NCBI RefSeq assembly: GCF_009834535.1
Contig: NC_045698.1
Span: forward strand, 4,714,001-4,778,000
Reading direction: 5' to 3'
From: Camelus ferus
Lineage: Eukaryota
Length of the DNA: 64,000 bases
Both the position numbers and the translations under genes were made by a program. Positions within the stretch are counted from its first letter, which is position 1, and each line of letters opens with the position of its first letter. Positions 52,908-64,000 of the stretch are shown one piece after another. Under the pieces are notes generated by a model. The model did no database searches and was not told the origin of the DNA. It worked only from the letters and a program-made list of their open reading frames with translations.

Positions 52908-54122
52908 GCTGAGGCTCTGAATTAAGGAGAGAGAAGTGAGAAGGGCCATTGAGAGGCCCACTCAGATCTCCCCACAGAGAGCCCGCTCTGGGAGCATGAC
53001 TGACTGACAGCCTCTGGATGCCGTGTTTGCAGACAGGGGTCCTGCCAGCCACACTCCCATTGGGCTGCTCCTGGTTGGTGACAGAGCACAGTGGGGGTCC
53101 TGGAACTGGGCTGTCCAGCTCACTGCAGGACTTCTCCATCAGGGAGTATCAGTTCAGGGCCCCTGCCTCCACCTGGCAAGGCTGTCCTGGTGCTGGGCCG
53201 CCTGCGTCCTCTCCCCTCTCTTTCCATGGGAATCAGGCCTGCACTGTGGGCTGAGGCTCGCCGTGTCACCCCTGCGTTCTCCCCGTGATCCGCCACAGGC
53301 ACCTCTAGTCACCTTTGCGGGTGTGATTGCTTCTTGGCTGCTGCTCCTCAGAGGACCTAAGCTGACACCGTCACGCACACACCTTTCACTGCTCTGTCCT
53401 CCCAATGGGGAGACTCTGTATGTGCGCTTGGATTTTGGCTGATGGTCTGAAGGAGGCATTGCATTTCTCACTCGTGATGATGTCTGGTGGGGAAAGAAGA
53501 AAAAGGCTAAAGGCTAAATAATTTTTCTGCTGACCCAAAAGTACAGTGTTGAGGAAAGAGACTGGTCCTGAACAACACTCCCATTTAGCCATGCTCAGAG
53601 TCTCAACTTCTCGTCTGCTGTACAGGCCACATAAGCTCAGATGTGCACTGAGTTCATGGACTGTGACCAGAGGACGTGCTTATTCAGTGGGCTCGGCCGC
53701 TGTGAACAGAGCAGGGTCAGGGGACAACATTCCTCAGTGTCGCTCGCTGAGACACAGGGAGATGTTAACCCTCCTGCGGCCTTGCTGGTGCCGCCAGCTT
53801 TTATACTTTGCTGTTTAGTGGGAAGTATAAATCGTTGGCGACGTCTGTGGGATTGCTTATGACGTCAGAGGCCACGTGAGTTCCTAGTTCTGTCCTCACG
53901 GGCAGATATGCAGCTGGACAAGGCAACAATTCCTGGATCTTTGATTCAGAACTTTGTTCTCTGTTTTATTTTGATTATTATTGCCTAATTTGCACAACAT
54001 ACACACTTCCATGAACATCGGTGATAAACAATGTATTTCTTAGTGGAGACACTGTTCTACTTAAAAATAAATTCATCACAATTTTAAGCAGCAAACTGGA
54101 ATATAGTCATCAAAACTGACCT

Positions 54123-54950
54123 AACTGGGCAAAGGGCTTGAACAGACATTTCTCCAGTGCAGATACACAAATGGCCAACAGGTGCTGAAAAGAAGTTCAT
54201 AATAAATGATAGTCCAGGAAGTGCAAATCAGAACCTCACACTGGCAAGGATGGCTGTTGTCACAAAAACAGAACACAACGATTGTTAGTGAGAACATGGA
54301 GAGATCAGAAACGTTGCACACTGTTGATAGAAATGTGAAATGGTGCAGCCACTATGAAAAACAGTACAGAAGTTCTTAAAAAAATTAAAACAGAACCACC
54401 ATACAATCCTGCAACCTCACTTCAGGATATTTATCCAAAAGAACTGAAATCAGGATCTCAAAGACACACCTGCCCTCCCATGGTCATTGCAGCGTTATTC
54501 ACAATAGCCGCAATATGGAAACAACCTAAATGCCCCTTGGAGGATAAGTGGATAATGAAAATGTGGAATACACATACAATGGAATACTATTCAGCCACAA
54601 AAACAAGGAAGTCCTGCTATATGCAGCAACATGAATGAACTGTGTGGACATTTTTTTAACTGCGACAAACCAGTAGAGAAAGACAAATAACTGCGTGAGT
54701 CTACTTATCTGAGGAATCTAAAATAGCCAAATGTGTAGAAGCAGAGAATAGAATGGGGGTTGCTAGGGGCTGGGGAGAGGGGGAGTAGGGAGTTCCATGG
54801 GTATGACGTTTCAGATGCACAAGGAAAATTCTAGAGATCTGCTGTACAACATTGTGCCTATAGTTAATAACTCCGTGCTCTGCACTTAAACATTTGTCGA
54901 GGGGGTAAATCGTGGTCTTATCACAATAATAACAAAAAAGAAAGAATGCA
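54123..54950 (+). mobile_element. 5'-truncated LINE-1 (ORF2 end + 3'UTR)
   Basis: ORF 54354..54638 (PYNPA...IYPKELKS...MVIAALFTIAAIWKQPKCP...WIMKMW...TMEYYSA) is the L1 ORF2p C-terminus. Confidence 0.93.
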
Positions 54951-56494
54951 AATCCTTGTGTGCTGTTCTATGAGTCGTGGTCCCCATTTTCTCTTAATTG
55001 ATGACGTTTTTGCTTTCTGTTTGGGATGATTTTTGTCTTAGTTCTACTTAATGAGGCTCAGTCCACTTAGAAGATCGGTGGGAGGGACTGAGGAAGTGAA
55101 TTCCCACCCATTCTAACGGGGAGTCTCTCTAGGTTGAAAAGGCTTTCCTAATTAGTAAGGAGAACATTTCTCCTCTGTGACCATGAGGCTGTGTCTACTT
55201 GAAGCTCCCAGGGCACTTGCAAGTGAAAAATAGAGCATCAGTAATTTGGTAAGAATTCAGAAAACAAAACTCTCTTTTCATCCAAGCCAACAACAGTATT
55301 TCTGTTTTTTTCTGTCCTTTCCAAGACCAGTTACTCTTGAGGGTTATTCAATGTTGGTCAAAATGTTTGTGGTGGTCAAAAATGTTTGTAACAAGTCAAA
55401 GGATTCTGTGGTATTATTTGTCATTTGTCTTTACACACATGGATAAAATCATACAAGAGTGGGCCAAGTGCTGTGTGTGTGTGTGTTAAGTTCAGGCTCA
55501 AATGGACATAAATGTACATGAGGTGAAGTAATTGTCAATCTGCACATTTTAACTTAAAACAGCTTCAATTCTGCTACAATTTTAATATACTTTCTTCACA
55601 TCTTGAAAATATAGTCTTGGAAATTAGATTCCTAATGAAAATTAAGGCATCTCTTTCATTGCTAAACTACAATTGTCTTAAAAAATTGCATCTTCTCAAC
55701 ATGTGAACGATAACTTGATGCAATATTTAATTCCGAATTCCCTTATCTAGGTCCTTCTTATCCAGGATAACTTCCAGCTTTCTGATGAGCAAGAGTTCTG
55801 CAGTGTCAACATGCTGAGTACAAGTAACTGGGAATTAACTTCCTGTCCAAAAATACTTGATTAATTTGATATACTTGAGGTCCTTCTATTATTCTCTGTA
55901 GATAAATTGATCACTTATACAGATTTTCCAAGTGTTTATTTTAAAAATAACCCTCATAATTGCCCTCAGACAATGGCTTGTAATTTTGTGTTTAAAAAAT
56001 TACGGTCAGTGCAACCGTGGAGTAGCCTCAGGACTGAGTAGTTGCTGATTGATCTGGAAAGTGCACATCAGTCTTTGCCCTTAAATGGCACTGACCTTTT
56101 TTTGTTGTTGTTTGGTGTGGCCTTCCCTCTATGTACAATTTTACTCAGTTGGTTAAGAGGCATAGAATGATTTTTAATAATGAAATTCAGAGACACAGAG
56201 TTTAATTGACTCGACTGAGTGTTTTTAGCTCACAGGGGCGTGCTACTAAAGCAAGCAAGCAGCCTTCATTACACAGGTCGTCATCCATCAAGCCCCGATT
56301 TGCATTTCTGGAGGTCTTTACCACCACTTTGATAAGAGCATGCCTTCATTCCCTGAATTTTATAGGCTGTCGTACAACTAGATTATGGCTCAAAGTTGAC
56401 CAGGGTGGTTGAAGAATCATGATTGAACAAATGGACACCTTCATTAGACATTAAGTGAGAAAGACTAGAGTTAGGGATGGAAAATTGTCATCTG

Positions 56495-57960
56495 CTTTGT
56501 TCAATTTTGTATAAAATACTAATTTTTATCAAAGTGGTACATATGCACCTTTAACAGATTTATTATTAGAAAAAAGGCAGAACCAAACAGCGTTCTGCAG
56601 TGTGCTGTCCTCTGTCTTGGAGTCCTCTCCCCACCAAAAACCACTTCCATTTCTTTAGGCTGTTTCTTCACTTACTTGCTCCTTCTTCCTATGGCTTGAA
56701 CTTCTAATTATAAGAATTTCTTTTGACTTCATATGACCAAAGATGAAGATTTAACACTGTCTTACCCACCCTCAACATAGACTCACTTTCCCAATCTTCC
56801 TGACCTAGTTATATGCCGGTTTTTGGTTGACAATATTCAGGGATGGCATTATCATGCCTGCATGAGCCATGTCCACCACTGAGCGGCCAAATACACTAGG
56901 CTTGGACGTCTTCTATTGGATAACTTTCTGCCTCTGGTGTTAATCATGCCGTATATTTAATTAGCTTAGTTTTCTGTATACCGGAGGTTAACCCGTACCA
57001 GTCTCTCCAACTCACTAGGAATCCATCCATTATTTTCATTTTTGTCCCCTAGAGAGTCTCCCCTCAAGTTGTCCATCTTCCCCCTCCATTCTGGAGCTTT
57101 CTAGACCCCGCAGAGCTGGTTTTCCGAGGACCCACGTCAGCTCCACCCTGAGAATCCTCACTGTCTCTCTCTCCCTTGTGCTGGGGCCCTTGTTTCTCAG
57201 GCCCCGTGTTTCCTTCTTTCTTGGTAAACTGTCGTGTGTTGGGTTGAATCCCCCCGTGGCTTCCTGAGTGAGGATGTATGAAGTAAATATTTTAAAGCCC
57301 TTGCTTATTGGACAATTTCTTTTCTAGGTGTAGAATCCTGGTTTGGATATGTTTTTTCCTTCTGCATTTGAAGGTTCTGTTCATTGATTTCTAGCTTTCA
57401 GTCTCCCTATTGAGAAGCCTAATGCCATTATGATCTCTGATCCTCTGTTTTTGATTTTTGAGATAAATTTGGTGGATTAATCTTTCACAGTTACGTATCT
57501 TGGTGTGGGTCATTTTTTCAAATCCCTGGACTAGACATTTTGTGGGTCCTTTCAATCTGGGAAATCATATCCTTCCATTCTATGAAGTTATATTTGTATA
57601 GTTCATGTGATAATTCCTTTCTGTTATCATCTTTTAGAAATTCTATTATTTAGATTCTAAGCTTATCAAATTGATCTTATTTTCTGATATTATCTTCCTG
57701 TTTTCCATTTCTTTGTCCTTTTCTTTCTACTTTTTTGGGCCTGAGAAATTTTTTGACTTTTTCTCTAAGCTATTCTCCTGATCTCCTTTGACCCCCCCTT
57801 AGTCCTGCGCCCCACCCCTGTTGATATGTGGCTATCATTTTTAAAAAGCTCTTTGTTAATTCTCTGTGATTATTCTTTTAAATATTATTCTTAAAAATGT
57901 TATCATTCTTAAAAAATACCATCCAATTTTTAATTGACGCCATTCTTCTTTTATGAAATC
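56495..57960 (-). mobile_element. Old LINE-1 (L1ME-like) fragments
   Basis: taggtgtagaatcctggtttgga...ttctagctttcag...ttgagaagcctaatgccatt...tcttggtgtgggtcattttt...gggtcctttcaatctgg. Confidence 0.65.
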
Positions 57961-58659
57961 ATTTTTTAACACTTTTACTGAAGTCTAATATACACAGATA
58001 CATTTATTTTAGGTTTGGGGATAAATTAAGGCAATGGAGCTTATTTCCAAGAATATATATTTTTTTTAAAAGGATAGACAAGAAGGGTGAGATGTGAATG
58101 GAGTCAAGAATTAGGAGAAGTAGGAATTTAAGCCAAACATAGATGTGTGAATGTAAGTATCTGACAATGGGCAGAAGTCCTGAGGTCATCGGACTTTCTA
58201 TTGGATGTATGATGGAGAACTTGAACTCATTCTACTTCATTCTCAAAGTTGTGACAGTTTTCGTCGACACCTGGGTCATAGCAAATATACATATATATCT
58301 CCATGTGTACATAATCACACACACGTGCATATGTAACATCTATTTTTGGCTGAGTAGTTCTCCATCCTCTCCACACCCTCTATTGTCCTACGCACTCATG
58401 TGTGCACACAGCCACATGCACCTGCTTTAACGATATCAGAATACACCTCATTTTCCACAGAAGTCTTTTCACTGTAGTCATGATGTCTTTATGGAAATGT
58501 ACCCTTCATTCATCCTCTGCATGGGGAATTTTGACTAATGGGACCCAACTCAAACTGGAAAGAATTTTCTGAGGCTTCCAGGCAGAATTCACCTTTCCTT
58601 TCTCTGTGGTCATACAGTATTCCAACTCCTAAGAATTGATTACCGATTTTGCTTTATTT

Positions 58660-58825
58660 AATTATCATAACAGCTATGTAAAGTAGCCATTGCTACTAAT
58701 CTCATTGTATAGATGAAGAAACTGAGGCACAAAAGAGCTAGGTCCCCAGTCTGTGGTCTTATGCCAGTGAGAGAAAGAATCTTAGAACGTGAGCCCCAGT
58801 ATTGTAATCTCATGTCCCATGCCCT
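58660..58825 (-). mobile_element. MIR SINE fragment
   Basis: ctcattgtatagatgaagaaactgaggcacaaa core motif. Confidence 0.8.
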
Positions 58826-58944
58826 TCACTAGGGGCTCCACTGGCTAGCAGTGTGTTACCTGGGCGATTTCTCAGGAAGGTTTACTCATTGATGTCTTCC
58901 TTGACGGTATTTTTTTTCAATCATTCAGCATACCTGACAGATCC

Positions 58945-60085
58945 TTATTTTATTTTATTTTCAACTCTATTACAGTATAATTGACTAATAAAATTGTAAG
59001 ATAATTAAAGTGCACAGCATGATGGTTTTGTTATGTATACATTGTAAAAGGGTTTCCCCATCAGGTTAATTAACACATCCATCACCTCACGTATTTACCT
59101 TTGTGTGTGTGTGGGTGTGTGTGTGAGAACATTTAAGCTCTACTTTTTTAGTGAATTTCAATGATATTATAATAATGCTATCAACTACAGTCACCACATT
59201 ATACATTAGATCCTCAGACCTTATTCATTTTTTTTGCATTCTTTTTATTGAGGTATAGTCAGTTTACAGTGTGTCAATTCCTTGTGCACAGCATAACGTT
59301 TCAGTCACATGCATATATACATATATTCCTTTTCATATTCTTTTTCATTATAGGTTACTACAAGATATTGAATATAGTTCCTTGTGCTGTACAGTATAAA
59401 CTTGTTTATTTTGTATACAGTAATTAGTGTCTGCAATAAACATTAATTTATCCCTTTCCACCCACTTGGCCCCTTTATAATCATGTGTTTGTTCTCTATG
59501 TCTGTGAATCTGTTTCTGTTTGTGTCTTTTCTTTTTTTTAAGATTCCACAAATAAGTGGTATCATATGGTATTTTTCTTTCTCTTTCTGGCTTACTTCAC
59601 TTAGTATGATGATATCCAGCTCCATCCATGTTGCTGCAAATGGCATTATGTTATCATTTTTTGTGGCTGAGTAGTATTCCATTGTATAAATATACCACAT
59701 CTTCTTTATCTGGTCATCTGTCGATGGACATTTAAGTTGCTTCCATAACAGACTTTATGCATTTTAAAACCAGAAGTATGCACCTCCTTACCAACCTCTT
59801 CCCACATGCCCCACCCTTCAGCCCCTGGTGACTGCCTTTCTACTACTAGTTTCTATCAGTTTGATTTTTTTTTTAAGATTTCACAGGTAGGTCATATCAT
59901 TCAGTGTCTGCCTTTGTATGTTTGTCTTGTTTCACTTAGCATAATGTCTCCCAGTTTCCACAGTGTTGCACATGGCAGGGTTTCCACCTTTCTCGTGGCT
60001 GAGTGACATTCCATTGTGTATACAGGTACCACGTTTTCTCCAGCTGTTCCTGTTGACTCCACACCTTGGCTCCTGTGAATGATGA
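58945..60085 (-). mobile_element. LINE-1 3' end (L1MA9-like), interrupted by a younger L1
   Basis: aattgactaataaaattgtaag...catccatcacctcac...gagaacatttaagctctact...tagatcctcagac, continuing after 59765 to gtttcacttagcataatgtc...ttggctcctgtgaat. Confidence 0.85.
59232..59748 (-). mobile_element. Young 5'-truncated LINE-1 nested in the older L1
   Basis: ORF 59443..59700 (MWYIYTMEYYSATK...PFAATWMELDIIILSEVSQKEKEKYHM) is L1 ORF2 end/3'UTR; TSD cagaccttattcatttt (59215-59231) / cagactttatgcatttt (59749-59765). Confidence 0.92.
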
Positions 60086-61036
60086 TCCCACTCAGCTCCT
60101 GCATACAGACTGGTTGGAAGCCAGAGCCTCTGGCAGCAGCTGGAAAAGCATGCAGTTGAGCCCCTTCCTGGGAGATGCTGGGTGATGGGCATTTTCGCCT
60201 GCTCCCCCGGACGAACCCAGGCATATGGCCGTGGAGGCATGCTCCTGTGCCCGATAAGATCTGCTTCCTTGTTTGCTAGAGTCCTGGGGGGGCTCACAGA
60301 TGCAGCCTCCGCTGGCCATCAGAGCCAGGTGATGCAGGGGCCTGTACCTCAGGCAGTAGCTGCAAAAGCTGGGGTGCAGATGTGTGTACAAGCTCCTTCC
60401 AGGGAGATACCGGTGACGTGGACCAGGCTAGAGGGAGATGGCAAGAGAGAGTCCAGCAGCTTCCCCTGTCTCTGGGGAGGATGTGCACGGCCTCCAAATG
60501 CGTGCTAATGAGAAACCTGACCCCAGGAGCAGCTTTTATGTTGGGCGGATGGACCCCTTTCAGGGAAGGACTGAGAGCTGGACGTGTCTCCCTCTGCGCT
60601 GAGCCCTGGGTGGGTCGCTGCAGCGTCCACTCACGCCCTTTCACAGCTGCTTCCTTGTTTGCACGGGTCTCTTGGGTCTCCTGGATGCACATCCCCCTGG
60701 CTTTCAGAGCTAGGTGTCTAGGGTTTAGGGCCCGCCCCTCAGGTGGGAGTCTTGCCGTTGGGGTGTGAGTGTGGAGTCCGAGCCTCTTCCTCTTGAGGGA
60801 GAAGCTGGGAGTTAGGAGCTCCTTCCAGCTTGCACGGCACTGTGCCGGGGGCAAGGCGCTTGTGCTAAGTGTGTATCTCAGCCCTTCCCACCTGTTTGGA
60901 GGTAGGTGTTTTCTCATCCACCTGACGTCTAAGAGTCACGCAGCAGTTTCTGGATTTCTTTCAGAGGGAATTTCTCTGGATGTAGCTAAGCATTTGGTGT
61001 GTCCATGGGAGGAGGGGAGCCCAGGAGCCTCCGCTT
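60086..61036 (-). mobile_element. LINE-1 5'UTR (internal promoter region), antisense
   Basis: GC-rich; ends atttggtgtgtccatgggaggaggggagcccaggagcctccgc, resembling the reverse complement of the laurasiatherian L1 5' start. Confidence 0.7.
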
Positions 61037-62593
61037 TTTAAAAAGATGACAAACCTTTTCTTCTGGCCCCAAGTTGGAAGTTCTTCAAATTAAATATACA
61101 CTGGGTTCTAGAAAGAATAGTTTTATATTGTGCCTGTCACTTACACATTTTATCAAACGCTGGGCACAGGCTCCGACGTTCTGCTCAGCGATGTGATTTA
61201 AGGAGGTAATTTGTGCATTGATTTATGTTTAGTACACTTGCCAACAAACTGCTGTCCTTAAGAGTCTCATTTCCCTGCTGGCAGCTGGACCTGGATGGAG
61301 CGAACAACCCCCCCGGGTGTCAGGTGGGCCTTCCCAGCCGTGCAGAGAGCAGACTGCTGTGTCACCCTCGTGCGTGAGTCTCCACTCTGGCTGTCACCCG
61401 GCAGGCAGAGCTGTCACTGTGCAGGCACCACTTAACAGCCAGGCTATTCCTTGTCAAATGTCCACGGTTTCCATACAGGCAAGTGAAATGAACCAGTGTA
61501 ACTACAAATGGTGGGACTATTTCTTTGGTTCGCTTGGGTTCTTGGACCTTTTTGACAAAACCTATAATGGTGTCTCTGTTAGTCATCCATGTAGCTTTAA
61601 TTGCCTAATAGATGCTGTGGGATGTACTGGCCAGCACTGACCTTGCCATGCATAGTTTTTCTGGGTTCTGCAGTCAATTCTCTATTATTAAGGAATTTTG
61701 AGAAGAATTCTGATAGGGTGACAAGCCTCGTGACTCTTTCCAGCTATTGGACCTGTGAACCACACCACCACAAAATCACACGATGGTCTGAAACGCAAGT
61801 ACGATGGTCTCAGCCCTCTTGACACAGCTGAGGGAAGGATGGGTATCAGTGGGTTTTAGTTCTCTTCCGTCACCCAGATGTGCGGCTCCGCCTTGGAGAG
61901 GGCACGAGGTGTGTTTGTGGAGCCCCAGCACCTGACACGTCGAGCCTCAGACGGGCTATTTGGGCATCAGGTGGGTTCTCATTCGCAGGCAAGTGTTCAT
62001 AGGTTGTCTCTAACTTCACGATGCCTACACAGAGGCGCCAGGCTCTGGGTTTACCGCCTCCCCTCCCCCTTTGCTGATGACTCCCTGGAAGTGACTAGAC
62101 AGAGGAAGACAGTCTTAAGTGTGTGTCTAGGTCTGTACGTACAAACGATCTCACACTCTCTGCAGAGCTCTTCGTGCGGCTGACAGTGGAGTGTTCCTCC
62201 CATCTCTTCAGAGATTGAGGATTAATCTTTAATCTCATCCAGAGCACTGGACCACAACTAACATACGCTGAGATCATATATTTAATTGCAACTTCTGAAA
62301 AATCACTGGCAGAGTAAAAGGCAGTAGCTTGTACAGCATCTAGAAGGAGGACTAAATAGTAAGAAAATGACCATCTGCCTAAAAATGTCTCATCAGACAA
62401 AGATCAAAGGAAGCCGTCACTAAAATGCAGCATGAATTCTGCCTGACGGACTCACAGTTGTTAGACTCAGCAGGTAGAATTAACTAATGTTAAATTATAT
62501 ATATACATATCCCCTCACAACTCAAAGGCTCTATGACTTAAAAATACCTTTATTATGAAAATAAGACACACATAATTTATAATTTTTGCCACC

Positions 62594-63069
62594 TGTGATG
62601 GCTAATTTTATGTATCACCTTGAGCCAAGGAATGGCCTGTGAGCTGGTAAAACATTACTTCTGGGTGTGTCTGTGAGGGTGTTTCCGGCAGAGGTGAGCA
62701 CCTGCAGCAGCACAGAAGATCTGCCCTCACTGACGTGGGCAGGCGCCGTCCAGCTCATCGGGGGCTGGACAGAACAAAAGGGCAGAAGGCGCATTTTCTC
62801 TCTCTGCTTGAGCTGGCTGTCCGTCTTCCCCTGCCCGCACACGTCAGAGCCCCTGGCTTTTGGACCTTCGGACGCCAGTGGTCACCCAGTTCTAGGGCTC
62901 AGGACTCAGGCTGAGGTATACTCCTGGCTTTCCTGGTCCTCCAGCTGCAGACAGCAGACTGTGGGACTTCTCAGCCTCCATCACTGCATGAGCCAATTCC
63001 TGTAATAAATCTCTTATTTCTGTCTCTATAGCCCATAGGTTGTTTCTCTGGAGAACCCTGACTAACCCA
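62594..63069 (+). mobile_element. ERVL solo LTR (MLT2-type)
   Basis: tgtgatggctaattttatgt...ctgggtgtgtctgtgagggtgtttcc...aataaatctc...tctctggagaaccctgactaaccca; perfect 5-bp TSD ccacc at 62589-62593 and 63070-63074. Confidence 0.93.
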
Positions 63070-63100
63070 CCACCCGACTAAGACCTAGGTTGTGTACCAT

Positions 63101-63582
63101 TGTTACCAACCAGGGTTCTTGAACTCCTTAATCAATAGAAATTGAAAAGAGGTCAGATGAGAAATTCAGGCAAAGCCTTTCTGGAATTCCTGCTGCAGCA
63201 TGAGGTAGCAAAAATAAGAAACATTTTCCCTTGCTCACTTCCTGAGTGGGGGCGAGCAGGTCTCTTAAATGGGGTGAAGGTGGGGGCAGGCCCAGGGGTC
63301 TGCTGGAGGGGGGGTTTAGGTGGTCTGCCCACCCCCTTGGTGGTGCTGTGTGCAGGGAGCACACACAGAGCCTTGCTTTTGCTCCCAGCATCTCAGAAGT
63401 GGCAGTTGGGTTTTTGGTCTTTTTGTATCTTATTCTTAATTTGCCCCAACTGCGCACACACACAGTTATTTTTAGTCCCTTGTAGTTTCTTTGTGCTCTG
63501 TTGCTGGAGGAGCTATTTGCCTGGGTGCAAGCACTGCAGCACAGGGTCCCAGGTCCCAGGTCCCAGTTCCCAGCCGGTCTCA
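63101..63582 (-). mobile_element. ERV1-class solo LTR (cetartiodactyl type)
   Basis: TG...CA termini (tgttaccaaccagggttcttg...ggtcccagttcccagccggtctca); 4-bp flank ccat/cctt. Confidence 0.8.
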
Positions 63583-63859
63583 CCTTGGTGTCTTTGTGTC
63601 CTGGCGTTTCGTTAATATCAATGCCGCCTCCTACTTGCCTCAGGGATGGCGAATCGCGGTGACCATGTCATGTTACATAATCTTCTTATGTCCTCTCCAG
63701 CCACCATAAATCCAGGGCAGGCACTTCAGAAATAACTAGCTCTTTATAATAACTTTATGTCTAAAAGTAAAGCAGATGGTGAGTAACTCAGGGTCTGCTC
63801 TCACGCTCACAGCAACATGGGGAAGACGCATAAGAAAAGAGATAGTTGTATAATGAGCT

Positions 63860-64000
63860 ATGCAATACAGCGAATGATGCAATGAAGGTGTAAGTCATAG
63901 AAGCCAAGAAGGAAAATGCTTCAGGAAAGATGAACTGGTCAACTTTGACAAATATTTCTGGTAGATCCAGGAAAATGAGGACAGCAATGTGGCCGTTGAG
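63860..64000 (-). mobile_element. LINE-2 fragment (runs off window)
   Basis: agaagccaagaaggaaaatgcttcagg...tggtcaactttgacaaatatt...gaaaatgaggacag. Confidence 0.65.

Noticed and set aside
1..64000. ORF-track proteins as real genes
   Set aside because: They are short, overlap on both strands, often start at non-ATG codons and show no recognisable domains. The longest (6314..6928, 39311..39919, 60294..60917) run through repeat-derived sequence.
1..64000. CRISPR array, operon or other prokaryotic/viral system
   Set aside because: No regularly spaced repeat-spacer structure or gene-dense region; the sequence is plainly mammalian. No ERV internal gag/pol/env was seen.

Overview
Mammalian (eukaryotic) non-coding genomic DNA, most likely camelid: two copies of a tRNA-derived SINE resemble the camelid vic-1 type, and there are cetartiodactyl-type young L1 3' ends and ERV1 solo LTRs. 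I found no credible intact protein-coding gene. The ORF track is chance ORFs plus a few decayed L1 ORF2 C-terminal remnants. Much of the window is interspersed repeat (L1, L2, MIR, MaLR/ERVL/ERV1 LTRs, hAT DNA transposons, SINEs, microsatellites). A repeat-poor, CpG-rich zone at about 13.4-24.8 kb holds two promoter-like GC islands, an AP-1 motif cluster and several + strand consensus splice sites. This suggests the non-coding 5' end of a gene or lncRNA that I cannot name. The most unusual structures are: (i) a 79-bp, 75/79-identical copy of an L1 5'UTR segment inside an unrelated LTR 8.6 kb away (candidate locally templated insertion); (ii) an L1 whose 5'UTR is joined directly to the ORF2 3' end and carries a nested younger L1; (iii) an old ~105-bp direct duplication. 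I see no evidence for a new biological system. Repeat family names come from memory of consensus sequences, not a database search, and boundaries are approximate unless TSDs or TIRs are quoted.
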